From assembly GCA_963752285.1 (NCBI GenBank), contig CAVVXN010000003.1, forward strand, positions 416,001 to 480,000: a stretch of 64,000 nt of DNA. Reading direction: 5' to 3'. Positions 8,701-17,857 of the stretch are shown here, piece by piece. Each line of letters starts with the position of its first letter. Within the stretch, counting starts at the first letter, position 1. The translations under genes were made by a program, and so were the position numbers. Below the pieces are notes generated by a model. It was not told where the DNA came from. It made no database searches and saw only the letters and a list, made by a program, of their open reading frames with translations. Source of the stretch: an uncultured Planctomycetota bacterium (GTDB taxonomy: Bacteria > Planctomycetota > PLA2 > JAEUHO01).

Positions 8701-10750
8701 GGCGTCGGTCCTCGCGGTGGGGGGGGCGGGGTCCCCGGGCGCGCTCCTCGTGGCGTACGCGCTCCTCGCGCTGCTCGGCTGGCTCGGCGTCGCGCGCGCG
8801 CCGGTCGCCGACGGAACGCTTCTGCTCCTCGCGCTGCTCCTCGGGTCGTCGCTTCTCGTCGCCGATCGCATGGTCGGTCTTCCGCTCCGCGACCAACCGA
8901 CGCTCTGGCTCCTCTTCGCGGCCGCCGCGGGCGTGCTCACGACGTGGCGCCCCGCGCGCGTCCCGTCCGCCGCGGCCGCGGTCGTCGCGGGACCGATCGT
9001 GGCCGTGGCCGCCGCGTTGGGCGTGGTCCTCGCCGTGCTGCTCTCCGCCGAGGAGATGACGTTCCCAGGCGGCCACGCGATGCGCCTCGCGCTCGCGGTC
9101 CGCGTGGCCGCCGTGGCCTTCCTCGCCGCCGCGATCGCGGCGCGCCTCTACGTGCGACCGGCGTGGCGCGGCCTCCTCACGCTCGGGGGGCTCGTCGTGG
9201 CCGGGGCGATCGTCGCGCCGCTGAACGCCGTGCTCCACGGTGCGTTCCGGCTCTCCGTCCGAAGCGTGCTCGCCTCGGCCTCCCCCCTGGGCGCGTACGC
9301 GGCCGCCACGTGGCGGCCCGACGTCGAGATCGCGGCCGTCGCGACCCTCGTCGCGTTCGCGATCCCGCGCCGGAGCGGCCGCGGACGCCGACGTCTCGGC
9401 GCGCTCGAGAGCGAGGAGGTCGTCTCTGCGGTGCTCCTCGTGCTGGCGCTCCTGCTCACGGGCGCGGAGTGGGCCGACCCGAGCACCCCCGCGGCGGCGT
9501 TCGTGCTCGCGGGCGCGGCCGCGCTCGCGTACGACCGGACCCGCCACCCCGCCTGGGCCACGACGTCGGCGCACGGGCTCCTCCTCGCGGCGGCGCTCCT
9601 CGTGCCGTTCTTCGCCGGCGAGGCGAGGCTCACGGGCGACACCGCCCTTCGTCTCGCGGCCGTCTTCGCGGGCCTCGCGTGGCTCCTCGGCGCGGTCGTG
9701 CTCGCGCTCCGAAGGCCGCGCGCGGGAACCGGGCCGGCGCGCGCCGCCCTCGGTCGCGCGGCCGTCACGGCGGCCTGGCTCGCGCCCGGCGCGGTCGTGG
9801 CCGACCTCTTCGCGTCCGGACGGGCGCCGGCCTCGCCGGCGGAGACGGCGCTTGCGGTCGGCGCCCTGCTCCCGACGCTCGTCCTGTGGGCGCTCTCGGT
9901 GGCGCGCCGGCCGCGCGCCGCCTCGCTCCACGGCGCGCTCTCGACCTTCGTCGTGCTCTTCGCGTTCCTGCGGCTCCGAACCGGCGCGCTCTTCTTCGAC
10001 GCGACGCTCGACGTGCACGCGCTCGCCGTGCTCGGTCTCACGCTGCTCGTCCTCGACGGCTGGGTTGGCGAGCGACTGCGCGTCCCGCTGGTGCTGGACG
10101 GGCTCCTCCTCGCCGTCCCGGTCGTGCTGCGGGGGTGCTTCGCGGTCGTCGGCTCGCTCCCACCCGACCCGAACGCCGCGTCCGGGCTCGCGCTCGGGGC
10201 GGCCATCGCCGCGCTCGCCGGACGGCGGCTCCGTCGCGAAGGGCTCGTCTGGCTCGGCGCCGGTCTCGCGAACCTCGCCGTGTTCGCGCTCTGGCGTCAG
10301 CACGGCCTCGTCGATCCCGCGCTCTACGGCGCGCCCCCGGGTCTGACGCTCCTCGTGGCGGCGGAGCTGCTCCGGCGGCGGATCGCGCCCGCGGCCCGCG
10401 CGGCGCTCGTCGTCCCGGGCATCGCGCTGCTCTACGGCTCGGTGTGCGTGCAGGTGCTCCGGGTCGAGGAGCCCGTGCACGCGGTCGTCCTCTTCGGGCT
10501 CGGCCTCGTGACGGCGGTCGTGGGCTATGCGCGCGGGCGAAACGCCTGGCTGGTGACGGGCGTGGTCGCGATCGTGCTCGACGTCGTCGGGTACCTCGCG
10601 CGCCACGGGTTCGCGAAGAGCTTCGTCGGCGCGGGCCTGCTCCTCCTCGCGGGCCTCGCGGTCCTGGCCCTCGCCACGGCCGTCACGCGCCGCCGCCGCC
10701 GCGCGCTGCCCCGCCCCGCGCCCGGCGAGGCGTCCGGCGGGGAGGGATGA
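5780..10750 (+). CDS. Very large polytopic membrane protein (~1650 aa) of unknown function
   Basis: Single open frame with dozens of Ala/Leu/Val/Gly hydrophobic segments after a Pro-rich linker; start uncertain (ATG 5714 or GTG 5780). Confidence 0.8.
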   Translation: MSDGSDRGRGSSHHDPDAARRRRADEALRRLERAAMNDVDLPPRVRSEVIEAVAEQRRRLAEADAGARDRAREAAPPAPLPPLPLSPPLPPPSSPAPPLPSFVREEDTAPPARAAHAGTVERDEPATARRPSGPSVWERLSPAFAENLAFGLAAFLMVAAAVYFVTTAWATMTGSERLLVAVGGLDFVGALLVLAARLLSRSAPDLASVERVLLWIVAFFVPLAAVPAGQLLETDLATGLVAALLVVGPGAVAIRSLARATDARLLRPLASGLGALVLLVLLGGMGAGAPVLWTTAAAASLLGGTWLLARRVPRLGASPGTLVATLASFTFAALVVAGRVALAAGTPAVAILGIPPAAAALALAWLDVAKARAGSLAEGRAGHAGDAEGVAWRGVALALAVGGAVVAMGDPLALLVAAGLGAAGALLAASRLPSTWLLLPGLALSAVAYLRTPAPVRELVAALRDRASHALGYVSRPMPLGYYGVTFVPYLVATGLFAWRLHRAGRAARARVLLAWTVALGAGLVVLALATSGYPPGTDLRAPAAVLALQGALWIGLAALLDRWALARVGGVAAVGAVVAMLRHVHAAAPAAVLVLSASGLVALVPGVWLRARHGHIARELSPVFVEIATVAGALATAVALFPIDALLAGDARVVVAATALALLLAALAVAWRLAGLLALAALAWAAAARALALAAGLFGWAPLVVVTASAAPLLLVRGAARLGRRIRHAEAPAWRRGGLHVGVATLVVQAVAFAAVPAPDPWPLALSFVLAAAILARASWLSEDRGLVAVAALEALAAGPALARASGGEVLGAPGLLGLALATGALAAWLRVLDARTGRRRLPPEGVAAVVALGVWATFLGAILVVATVASRGAPPADGLLVAAAGLVVLTSVRAFGTRAAGGLRHDLEVATGLPAGLLLGFVAWGILFAAGAPDDLYPLGAIAAAAALRVSPRGCEADGVAAFLLGLGALALASVLAVGGAGSPGALLVAYALLALLGWLGVARAPVADGTLLLLALLLGSSLLVADRMVGLPLRDQPTLWLLFAAAAGVLTTWRPARVPSAAAAVVAGPIVAVAAALGVVLAVLLSAEEMTFPGGHAMRLALAVRVAAVAFLAAAIAARLYVRPAWRGLLTLGGLVVAGAIVAPLNAVLHGAFRLSVRSVLASASPLGAYAAATWRPDVEIAAVATLVAFAIPRRSGRGRRRLGALESEEVVSAVLLVLALLLTGAEWADPSTPAAAFVLAGAAALAYDRTRHPAWATTSAHGLLLAAALLVPFFAGEARLTGDTALRLAAVFAGLAWLLGAVVLALRRPRAGTGPARAALGRAAVTAAWLAPGAVVADLFASGRAPASPAETALAVGALLPTLVLWALSVARRPRAASLHGALSTFVVLFAFLRLRTGALFFDATLDVHALAVLGLTLLVLDGWVGERLRVPLVLDGLLLAVPVVLRGCFAVVGSLPPDPNAASGLALGAAIAALAGRRLRREGLVWLGAGLANLAVFALWRQHGLVDPALYGAPPGLTLLVAAELLRRRIAPAARAALVVPGIALLYGSVCVQVLRVEEPVHAVVLFGLGLVTAVVGYARGRNAWLVTGVVAIVLDVVGYLARHGFAKSFVGAGLLLLAGLAVLALATAVTRRRRRALPRPAPGEASGGEG

Positions 10751-10843
10751 GCCGCACCCGGCCGAGCGGAGCGCGGCCTTCGTCGCCGGGGCGGGCGTCC
10801 GCGCGTGCGGGCGAATCGTCCGTGCTCGCGGCGGCGACGGCGT

Positions 10844-11371
10844 TCAACGCCCGGCCAGGCGGCGGATCGTCCCGAGGTCGAGCCGGCCCTTCGCGCCCCA
10901 GCCGGCGCGGCCCCTCGGGACCTCCGGCCGGAACGACTCGTAGAGGCCGTACGCCTCGTCGGCGAGACGCGCGGGGGTTCGCGAGCGCGCGAGGGCTTTC
11001 ATCGCGGCCGTGACGTCTTGGAGCGCCTCGCCGAGCTTCGAGGCGAGGTAGCGACGCACCGAGTCGGGGTCGATCGGCTTCTCCTTGGAGAGCGCCCGCA
11101 CGCCGCCCTCGGTACGGCGCGACGGGACGGCGCGGCCGAGGAGGTCCACCTCGATCGTGCCGCGTCGCTCCCGCTTCCGCTCCGCCTTCACGGCCGCGGG
11201 CGTGGGCGCGAAGAGGCCGAGCGCCTTCCCCTTCGCGTACGCGTTGAGCCCCGCGACGGCGCGGCCGAGCGTCAGGGCCTCCGCCTCGTCGAACCCGAGG
11301 CGCTCGGCGACCACCGCCGCCCAGAGGGTGAGCACGGCCGCGCGATTGACGTCTACGGACTCGGTCGCCAC
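10844..11371 (-). CDS. Conserved-looking hypothetical protein (175 aa)
   Basis: Protein-like composition with motif-like blocks VNRAAVLTLWAAVVAERLGF and LYESFRPEVPRGRAGWGAKGRLDL. Confidence 0.75.
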   Translation of the reverse strand: MATESVDVNRAAVLTLWAAVVAERLGFDEAEALTLGRAVAGLNAYAKGKALGLFAPTPAAVKAERKRERRGTIEVDLLGRAVPSRRTEGGVRALSKEKPIDPDSVRRYLASKLGEALQDVTAAMKALARSRTPARLADEAYGLYESFRPEVPRGRAGWGAKGRLDLGTIRRLAGR

Positions 11372-11418
11372 GCCCCGATGCTACCGGCGGACGCCTCCCG
11401 ACCGGTACCCTCTGCCCC

Positions 11419-13143
11419 ATGGCGGCAGGCGGCAGGGCACTTCGGACGCTGGAGGAGACCGCGCGTCGATTCGGCGACGGCGAGGGGCAACGGAAGCTCG
11501 CGCTCCTCGCGGCGCTCGGCCGGGCGCGCCTCGCGTCGGCGGACCAGGTCCGCCGCTTCCATGACGTCCTCGGCTACCTCCGCGCGCTCCCCGACGACGC
11601 GCGCGTGCTCGCCGAGGCCGAGCGCCTCCTCGGCGCGTTTCGTCGTCGGCCCGACCTCCGCCGGCACCGCGCGGCGCTCGAGGGGTCGGGGATCGAGGGC
11701 ACGGACGTGCGCTTCCCGTTCTTCGCGCCGATGGCGCGCTGGCTCGCGGAGCGGCACGGCGAGCGACTCCACGTCGACTGGTCGTCCGTCGAAGACGACG
11801 AACGGCTGATGGGCCGCGTCTACCTCCTCGCGCTCGACGCGGAGACGCCCGGCCTCGACCACGCGGGCCTCGCCGCCCGTGCGTGGGTCCGGCGCATGAA
11901 GCGGCCCGACGAGACGGACGCCCAGTACCTCGTCCGGCGGTTCGGGAACGTCTCGTGGGACCCGACCGTGCGCGACGTGCTCTACGACGAGCTCGACCTC
12001 TCCCTCGTCCTCCGGGGCGGCGAGGGCGGCCCGTCGAAGACCCACGCGCGCCTCCCGGGCGGACGGGTCGCGTTCCAGGAGCGCCCGCTCCGGGCCGACC
12101 GGCCCGACCTCCGCCGCGAGATCCGACGGCCCCCGCGCGGCGTGCGCCGGCTCTCGCGGCGCGAGGGGGAGGCGGTCGTGGACCTTGCGAAGGAGGCGAT
12201 GGCCGTGCGCGCGCGCGACCTCGACGCGTTCGCGGGCGGCGATCCGGGCGACGTGCGGATCGTGGACGCGGGCGACGGCCTCGAGCTCGCCGTGATCGGC
12301 GTCGTCCCGACGTGGCGGATGCTCTTCGAGTGCGTGTACGGCTGGCTGATCCTCCGGAACCGCGTGCCGACGGGCTACGTGCTCACGAGCACGCTCTTCG
12401 GTTCGGCGGAGGTCGCGTACAACGTGTTCGCGCCGTGGCGCGGCGGCGACGCCGCGTGGGTGTACGGTCGCGTCCTCGCGGCGACGCGCGCGCTCTTCGG
12501 GACCGACACGTTCGCAATCGACCCCTACCAGCTCGGACACGGGAACGAGGAGGGGCTCCTCTCGGGCGCGTGGTGGTTCTACCAGAAGCTCGGTTTTTGC
12601 CCGCGCGACCCGGTCGTCGTCCGTCGGATGGAGGCGGAGCTCTCGAGGATGCGGCGCGACCCGCGGCACCGCTCGGGGCGAAGGACGCTCGAGAGGCTGG
12701 TCCACGCGTACGTGTTCCTGTCCCTCGGCCGGGCGCGTTCGGACGTCCTGGGCGTGCTCCCGCTCGGGAACCTCGGTCTCGCCGCGACGGACCTCCTCGC
12801 GCGCCGCTTCGGCTCCGACCGCGACCTCGCGGAGGCGACGCTCGCCGACGAGCTCTCGACCTGGGCCGGCGTCCGCGGCTGGCGGCGGTGGCCGCGCTTC
12901 GAGCAGGACGCGTGGCGTCACTGGAGCCCGGTCCTGGCCGCGCTCCCCGGCCTCGATCGCTGGCCGCGCCCCGATCGCCGGGCGGTCGTCGAGGTGGTCC
13001 GCGCCAAGGGCGGACCGCGCGAGTCGGACTTCGCGCGACGCTTCGACGCGCACCGCCGCCTCCGCCGCGCGCTGGTCGCCCTCGCGCGCACGTACGAGGG
13101 CGGAGCCGGGTCCCCCGCGTCTCGTCGCGGCGAACGGGGGTGA
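11419..13143 (+). CDS. Hypothetical protein with possible GNAT-like C-terminal region
   Basis: 574-aa frame with normal codon bias; DPYQLGHGNEEGLLSGAWWFYQKLGF resembles the GNAT A..FY.KLGF motif. Confidence 0.7.
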   Translation: MAAGGRALRTLEETARRFGDGEGQRKLALLAALGRARLASADQVRRFHDVLGYLRALPDDARVLAEAERLLGAFRRRPDLRRHRAALEGSGIEGTDVRFPFFAPMARWLAERHGERLHVDWSSVEDDERLMGRVYLLALDAETPGLDHAGLAARAWVRRMKRPDETDAQYLVRRFGNVSWDPTVRDVLYDELDLSLVLRGGEGGPSKTHARLPGGRVAFQERPLRADRPDLRREIRRPPRGVRRLSRREGEAVVDLAKEAMAVRARDLDAFAGGDPGDVRIVDAGDGLELAVIGVVPTWRMLFECVYGWLILRNRVPTGYVLTSTLFGSAEVAYNVFAPWRGGDAAWVYGRVLAATRALFGTDTFAIDPYQLGHGNEEGLLSGAWWFYQKLGFCPRDPVVVRRMEAELSRMRRDPRHRSGRRTLERLVHAYVFLSLGRARSDVLGVLPLGNLGLAATDLLARRFGSDRDLAEATLADELSTWAGVRGWRRWPRFEQDAWRHWSPVLAALPGLDRWPRPDRRAVVEVVRAKGGPRESDFARRFDAHRRLRRALVALARTYEGGAGSPASRRGERG

Positions 13144-13155
13144 GGCGACCTCGCG

Positions 13156-14244
13156 TCAGCGCGAAGGCTCGGCGTGGAAGCCCTCGAAGAGCGTGTCGCT
13201 GTCGGCCTTCGTCCACAGGCCCGACCAGCCCGAGGCGAACGTGTCGTCCGTCACCTCGACCCGGTAGCCGCCGTCGAGGGTCGCCGACAGGTGGTCGCCC
13301 TGGAAGGTGACCTCCATGTCGCTCCACGTGTGGAAGGGAGGCATCGTCACCTTCTCGACGCTCTGGAGCTCGGTGCGTACCCCGTCCTTCACCACGTAGA
13401 TCCCGTAGTTGTCCTCGAGAGCGTTCGCCCGCGCGACGTAGTAGTTCTTCCCGTCCTGCGCGCGGAAGATGATGCCGCCCGATCCGTCGGTGATGCCGGA
13501 GAGGGGCATGAACCGGACGCGCACCTTCCCGTCCCGATACGCGCGTCCGGGGCCGGCGAGGAGCAGGACCGCCCAGGGGAGCGTCGTCAGGTCCTGGCGC
13601 AGCACCGCGTGGCCGTAGACGGGGTTCGGCGGCTCGACGACGTGCCAGCGCCCCTGGAACGGGACGAGACCCTCGGGGAGCTTCCCGTCGCCGGCCCGCG
13701 CTCCGAAGTCGATCGAGAACGCCGACGGCGCGCCGGCCGTGTCGATCGCGGGCAGCGGGGACGGCGTCGGTCCGACGAGCTGCATCTCCTCCATGGCCTG
13801 CTCGTCGATCGACGTCGCGTGGAGCGTCGTCTGCCGGCCGTCGCGGAGCACGACGATCTCGACGTCCTTGCCGGGCGGCTGGCTCTCGAGGAGCTTCGCG
13901 ATCGCCACGCGCCACTCGTGGTAGACGTGCCGGTCCTCGGCGCCGGCCGAGGGCGGCGACGGCACGTCGGTCCCGCCGAGACGGAGGATCAGGTCGCCGA
14001 GGTGCAGGCCCGCCTTCGCCGCGGGACCCGTCTGGACCAGGGCCGCGACGACGCTTCCCTGGTCGCCTTCGACGCCGAGCTCCTTCCGACGCTCCGGCGT
14101 GAGCAGCTGGTTCGGCTCCAGGTGCAGCCCGAGGTAGCCCTTCGGGCCGGCGGCGTCCGGCGCGTCGGCCCGCGCGAAGAGGGGCAGGGCGAGGAAGGCC
14201 GCGGCGGCGAGGAGGACGGCGAGGACGACGTGGCGAGAGGACAT
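13156..14244 (-). CDS. Secreted PDZ-domain + DUF1080/LamG-like jelly-roll protein
   Basis: Signal peptide MSSRHVVLAVLLAAAAFLALPLFARA; PDZ KGYLGL...GPAAKAGLHLGDLIL; C-terminal GGIIFRAQDGKNYYV...SGWSGLWTKADS. Confidence 0.75.
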   Translation of the reverse strand: MSSRHVVLAVLLAAAAFLALPLFARADAPDAAGPKGYLGLHLEPNQLLTPERRKELGVEGDQGSVVAALVQTGPAAKAGLHLGDLILRLGGTDVPSPPSAGAEDRHVYHEWRVAIAKLLESQPPGKDVEIVVLRDGRQTTLHATSIDEQAMEEMQLVGPTPSPLPAIDTAGAPSAFSIDFGARAGDGKLPEGLVPFQGRWHVVEPPNPVYGHAVLRQDLTTLPWAVLLLAGPGRAYRDGKVRVRFMPLSGITDGSGGIIFRAQDGKNYYVARANALEDNYGIYVVKDGVRTELQSVEKVTMPPFHTWSDMEVTFQGDHLSATLDGGYRVEVTDDTFASGWSGLWTKADSDTLFEGFHAEPSR

Positions 14245-14336
14245 GGAGGCGCTCCGTTCCCGGGAAGGGAGGGGCAACGCGGTGACCTCGCGGCCCCCGC
14301 GCGCCCGCAGGACAGGAAGGCGGCAGGTCACGAACA

Positions 14337-16659
14337 TCAGAAGTCCACGGTGAGGGTCCCGAGGAAGGTCGTGCCGGCTCCGTCGTGACGCGAGGCGTAC
14401 GGCCGGTACTTCCGGTTCAGCACGTTCTCGACGGCCAGCTCCACGGAGACGCGCTTCGTGAGCTGGGCGCCGCCGCGGACGTCGAAGGTCGTGTACCCGG
14501 GAACCTCCGGCGTGGAGCGGAGCGGCCCCTTCGACTCGTCCTGGGGGTCCTTGAAGAAGAACTGCTCCGCCAGGTAGAAGTCGCGGGGGATCTGCTTGAA
14601 CTTGCGCACCATGTGCGCCTCGGCCTCGACCCAGTAGCGATCGCAGGGCGCCGCGCGCACGCCGACCGTCCCGTTCGTGGGGATGCCGAGCGGCTCGGTG
14701 TTGTCGGGGTGGAACGTGCCGCGCCACCACGTGAAGTTGCCGTAGACGCTGAGCCCCCAGCGCGGGAGCACGACGTACTCGGCGCCGAGCTCGACGCCGT
14801 GCGTGCGCGCCGTGCCCGCGTTCTTCGTCAGGAAGAGCGACTCGTCCGGGTCCTCCATGCCGTTGCCGTTCCGGTCGATGTAGGTGAGGCCGTGGAACGT
14901 TCCGTAGGTCGCCACGATGAGGTCCTGGTACCAGGACTGGAACCACACCACGTCGGCGCGAAGGCGCGGCGTGTGCAGGTGCGCCCCCAGCTCGAGGTTC
15001 AGGCTGTATTCGGGCTTCACGTCCCGGTCGCCGATCTGCACCTCGTCCGGGTGTTGCACGATGCCGGCGAGGTTCTCGAGGCTCGGGAAGCGGTAGCCGC
15101 GCGTGAGGTTGCCCGTCACGTTGAGGCAGCGCGTCACGTCGTAGACGCCGCCGATCTTCCCGGTCCAGGCGGTGTCCCACTGGTCGATCCGGACGTCGTC
15201 GGGCGTGAGCAGCGGGTCGGTGGTCGCGGCCTCGGGATCCGTGTGGGCGTGCGCCACGTCGAACCGCAGGCCGCCGACGAGGCGGAGCCGCGGGGTGACC
15301 TGCCACTCGTCCTGGAGGTAGAGGCCGAAGTCCTGGAAGTAGCCCTGCGGGATCGTGTAGATCCGGCTGGTCGGCGACGTGGCCAGCAGGTCCACGATCT
15401 CGCGGTGCGCATGGAACCCGTACGTGAGGACGTGGCGCCGCCCCGCGAGGGCCTTGTGGGCGATCACGTCGAGCTGCGGGGACCACACGTCCTCCTCCGT
15501 CAGGAGGACGCGATCGCGGCGATCCGTCGTCCACCCGTTGTGGACGAGCGCGAGGCGCATCTCCACCTCGTCCCACCACGGCGTGCAGCTCTTCTCCACC
15601 CATCGCGCGATCGCGATCTCGCGGTCGCGGCGGTTGAGCTGATCGCGGTTCGGGAAGGTGTAGTTGTCGGGCCAGTCCTTGTGGAGCACGAAGACGGACA
15701 CGCCGAGGGTGCCCGTGCGCGTCGCGCGCCACTCGAACCGCACGTCGCCCGACTCGGAGTCGTACCGTGTCGGCTTGAAGCGGCCGTCGTCGTCTCCGCC
15801 CCGCATGTCGCCCGCGAAGGTCGCGGTCCCGCCGACCACCAGCCGCATGCGGTTCGTGGCCAGGTGACCCTGCAACGCGACCGCGTCCGAACTCCTCGCC
15901 GCCGAGGCCCCCCGCGAGGCGGACGCGCCCGCCGAGCGTCGTGCAGCAGTCGTCGCGATAGTCCACGGGCCAGCCGGAGTAGAAGGCCGTGACGCCGCCG
16001 ATCGCCTGGGTTCCGTAGAGCACGGAGTCGGGCGCGCGGAGCACCTCGATGTGGTCCACCCACTCCATGTCCACCGTCTCCCAGTACCCGCCGGGGCCGG
16101 AGGGCGTGCGGTCGTCGGTGATGCGGACGCCGTCGAACGTGAAGAGGACCTGGTTGCCCGTGAGGCCCCGGATGGTGGGCGTGCCCATGTGGCCCGCGCT
16201 GCCCTGCGTGTTCCAGAGCCCCTCGTGCCAATAGAACATGTCGGACGCGTTCCGCGGCTGCTCGCGCTCGATCACCTGGCGCGTGAGCGCGTTGACGGAC
16301 GTGGTCGTCTCGAACACCTGGTGGCGCGTGAGTGTCGGCGCTTCGACGACGACCTCGGGCAGCGGGCCGATCTCTACCGGCGCCGCGTTCGCGCCGGCGG
16401 GCGCCTGGCCCGGCGCGCCGTTCTGTTCGCCACGGGCGGTCGGCGCGGGCACGGCCGCGGGGGCGGTGCTCGGCGTGGCGCCCGGGACCGGAGCCGCCGT
16501 GGGAGCGCCCGGCGCGGCGCCCGCGTCGTCGTCGGCCGCGAACCCCGGGGAGGCGCACGCCACCCCGAGCGCCGTTCCGAGCAGGAGGATCCGGATCCCG
16601 GATGGGACCCGCGCGGTCCACGCCTCGATCCGATGGCCACGTCCTGCTTGCGTCCTCAT
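14337..16659 (-). CDS. TonB-dependent receptor, frameshifted at ~15874
   Basis: GGAGGAGG RBS; plug motifs PTIRGLTGNQV and IEVLRAPDSVLYGTQAIGG; barrel motifs GLYLQDEW, GYRFPSL, VKPEYS, VENVLNRKY, terminal F; the two frames join if one extra T in GTTGCAG is removed. Confidence 0.88.
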
Positions 16660-16861
16660 GGTGGGCCTCCTCCTGCCGCGCGTCCACGCAATGGACGTGC
16701 CGCCGGGGGTCCTGCGAGCGAGTCGCAACCACCGATTCGGACCCGGGAACGCCTCGATGCACCCCGGCTCGGACCGCGCGCTTGGTGATACGCGCGCGAT
16801 ACGCGAGGTGGCACCGGCGCGTAGCGCCGGGGGCGCGGGGACGAGCCACCCTGTGGCGGCG

Positions 16862-17749
16862 TCAGCCGTTCAGCCGGAAGCGGATCGGGAGGGGCATCAC
16901 GGCCGCTTGGGCGCGGCCGCCCCTGCGGTAGGGCGTGAAGCGCCAGTCCCAGACCGCGCGCACCGCGGCGGCGTCGAGCTCGGCGTAGCCGGAGGACGAC
17001 TGCACCTCGACCGCCGAGACCGCGCCCGTCGCGTCGATCGTCACGCGGAGGACGACGAGGCCCTGGACGCCCGCGGCCCGCAGGTTCGGCGGATAGGCGG
17101 GGGGCCGGTTCGTGGCGAGGCGGCGCGGCAGCTCCACGATCCCGTACGACGCCGCGGGCCGCGGCGCGGGACGGGGGACCTCGCGCGGCGGAACCGGGCG
17201 CGGAGGGGGCGGGTCGGGCGGCGGGTCGGGGTCGTGCTTCGTGCGCCGGGTCGCCACGGTCAACGGCACCACGATCACGTCGGAAACCGCGATCTGGGGC
17301 TCCGGGAGGGGCTCCAGGGTCGGATCCTCGAGGGGGAGCACCTCGACGGCGGCCTCCTCGGGCGTCGGGAGCTCGGGCGGCGCAACATCCACGGGCTCGA
17401 CGCCCGGGACCTCGGGCGGCTCGGTCTCTTCGGTCTGGACCTCCGTCTCGGTCGCCGGGGGCGCGGCGATCGTGGCGGCGAACCCCCGGAGCTCGGCCGA
17501 CGCCGTGGGCGCGAGGACGTGCCACACGAGATACGTACCGATCGCGGCGACGTGGACGAACACGCTCAGGAACACGGGCCAGCGTGTCATCTCGAAGACG
17601 GGCCGGCGCGCGAGCGCCCAGCGCCGCGTCCGGGCCAGCCGCCGCGCCGTGTCCGCGCGGGGCCGAGGGGGCCTGGCGGCCGGGCCGCCCGAACGCGCCC
17701 CCGCGCACCCCGTCGCCCGGACCGGCTTCTCGGTGACGAACGCCTGCAT
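16862..17749 (-). CDS. tonB: Energy transducer TonB
   Basis: TM anchor FLSVFVHVAA, Pro/Glu-rich linker, C-terminal PPAYPP...GLVVLRVTIDATG...SSGYAELDAAAVRAVWDWRF; alternative start ATG 17590. Confidence 0.88.
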   Translation of the reverse strand: MQAFVTEKPVRATGCAGARSGGPAARPPRPRADTARRLARTRRWALARRPVFEMTRWPVFLSVFVHVAAIGTYLVWHVLAPTASAELRGFAATIAAPPATETEVQTEETEPPEVPGVEPVDVAPPELPTPEEAAVEVLPLEDPTLEPLPEPQIAVSDVIVVPLTVATRRTKHDPDPPPDPPPPRPVPPREVPRPAPRPAASYGIVELPRRLATNRPPAYPPNLRAAGVQGLVVLRVTIDATGAVSAVEVQSSSGYAELDAAAVRAVWDWRFTPYRRGGRAQAAVMPLPIRFRLNG

Positions 17750-17857
17750 CGTGCCGACCGAGAGCAAACGTCGCACCCGAACGGCCCTCGACCGGCCGGA
17801 CCCCGCGCGACGGCGCCCGCCCCCTGATTGAATGGCGCGCTCCTGGGAGGGCCTTCC

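Noticed and set aside
3817..10606. Very long ORFs 3817-8652 (+) and 4418-10606 (-)
   Set aside because: Arg/Pro/Gly-rich shadow frames caused by high GC; they overlap well-supported genes
16660..16860. Riboswitch (TPP/B12) in the TBDR leader
   Set aside because: Only a GGGGTGC fragment; no CTGAGA or other conserved core
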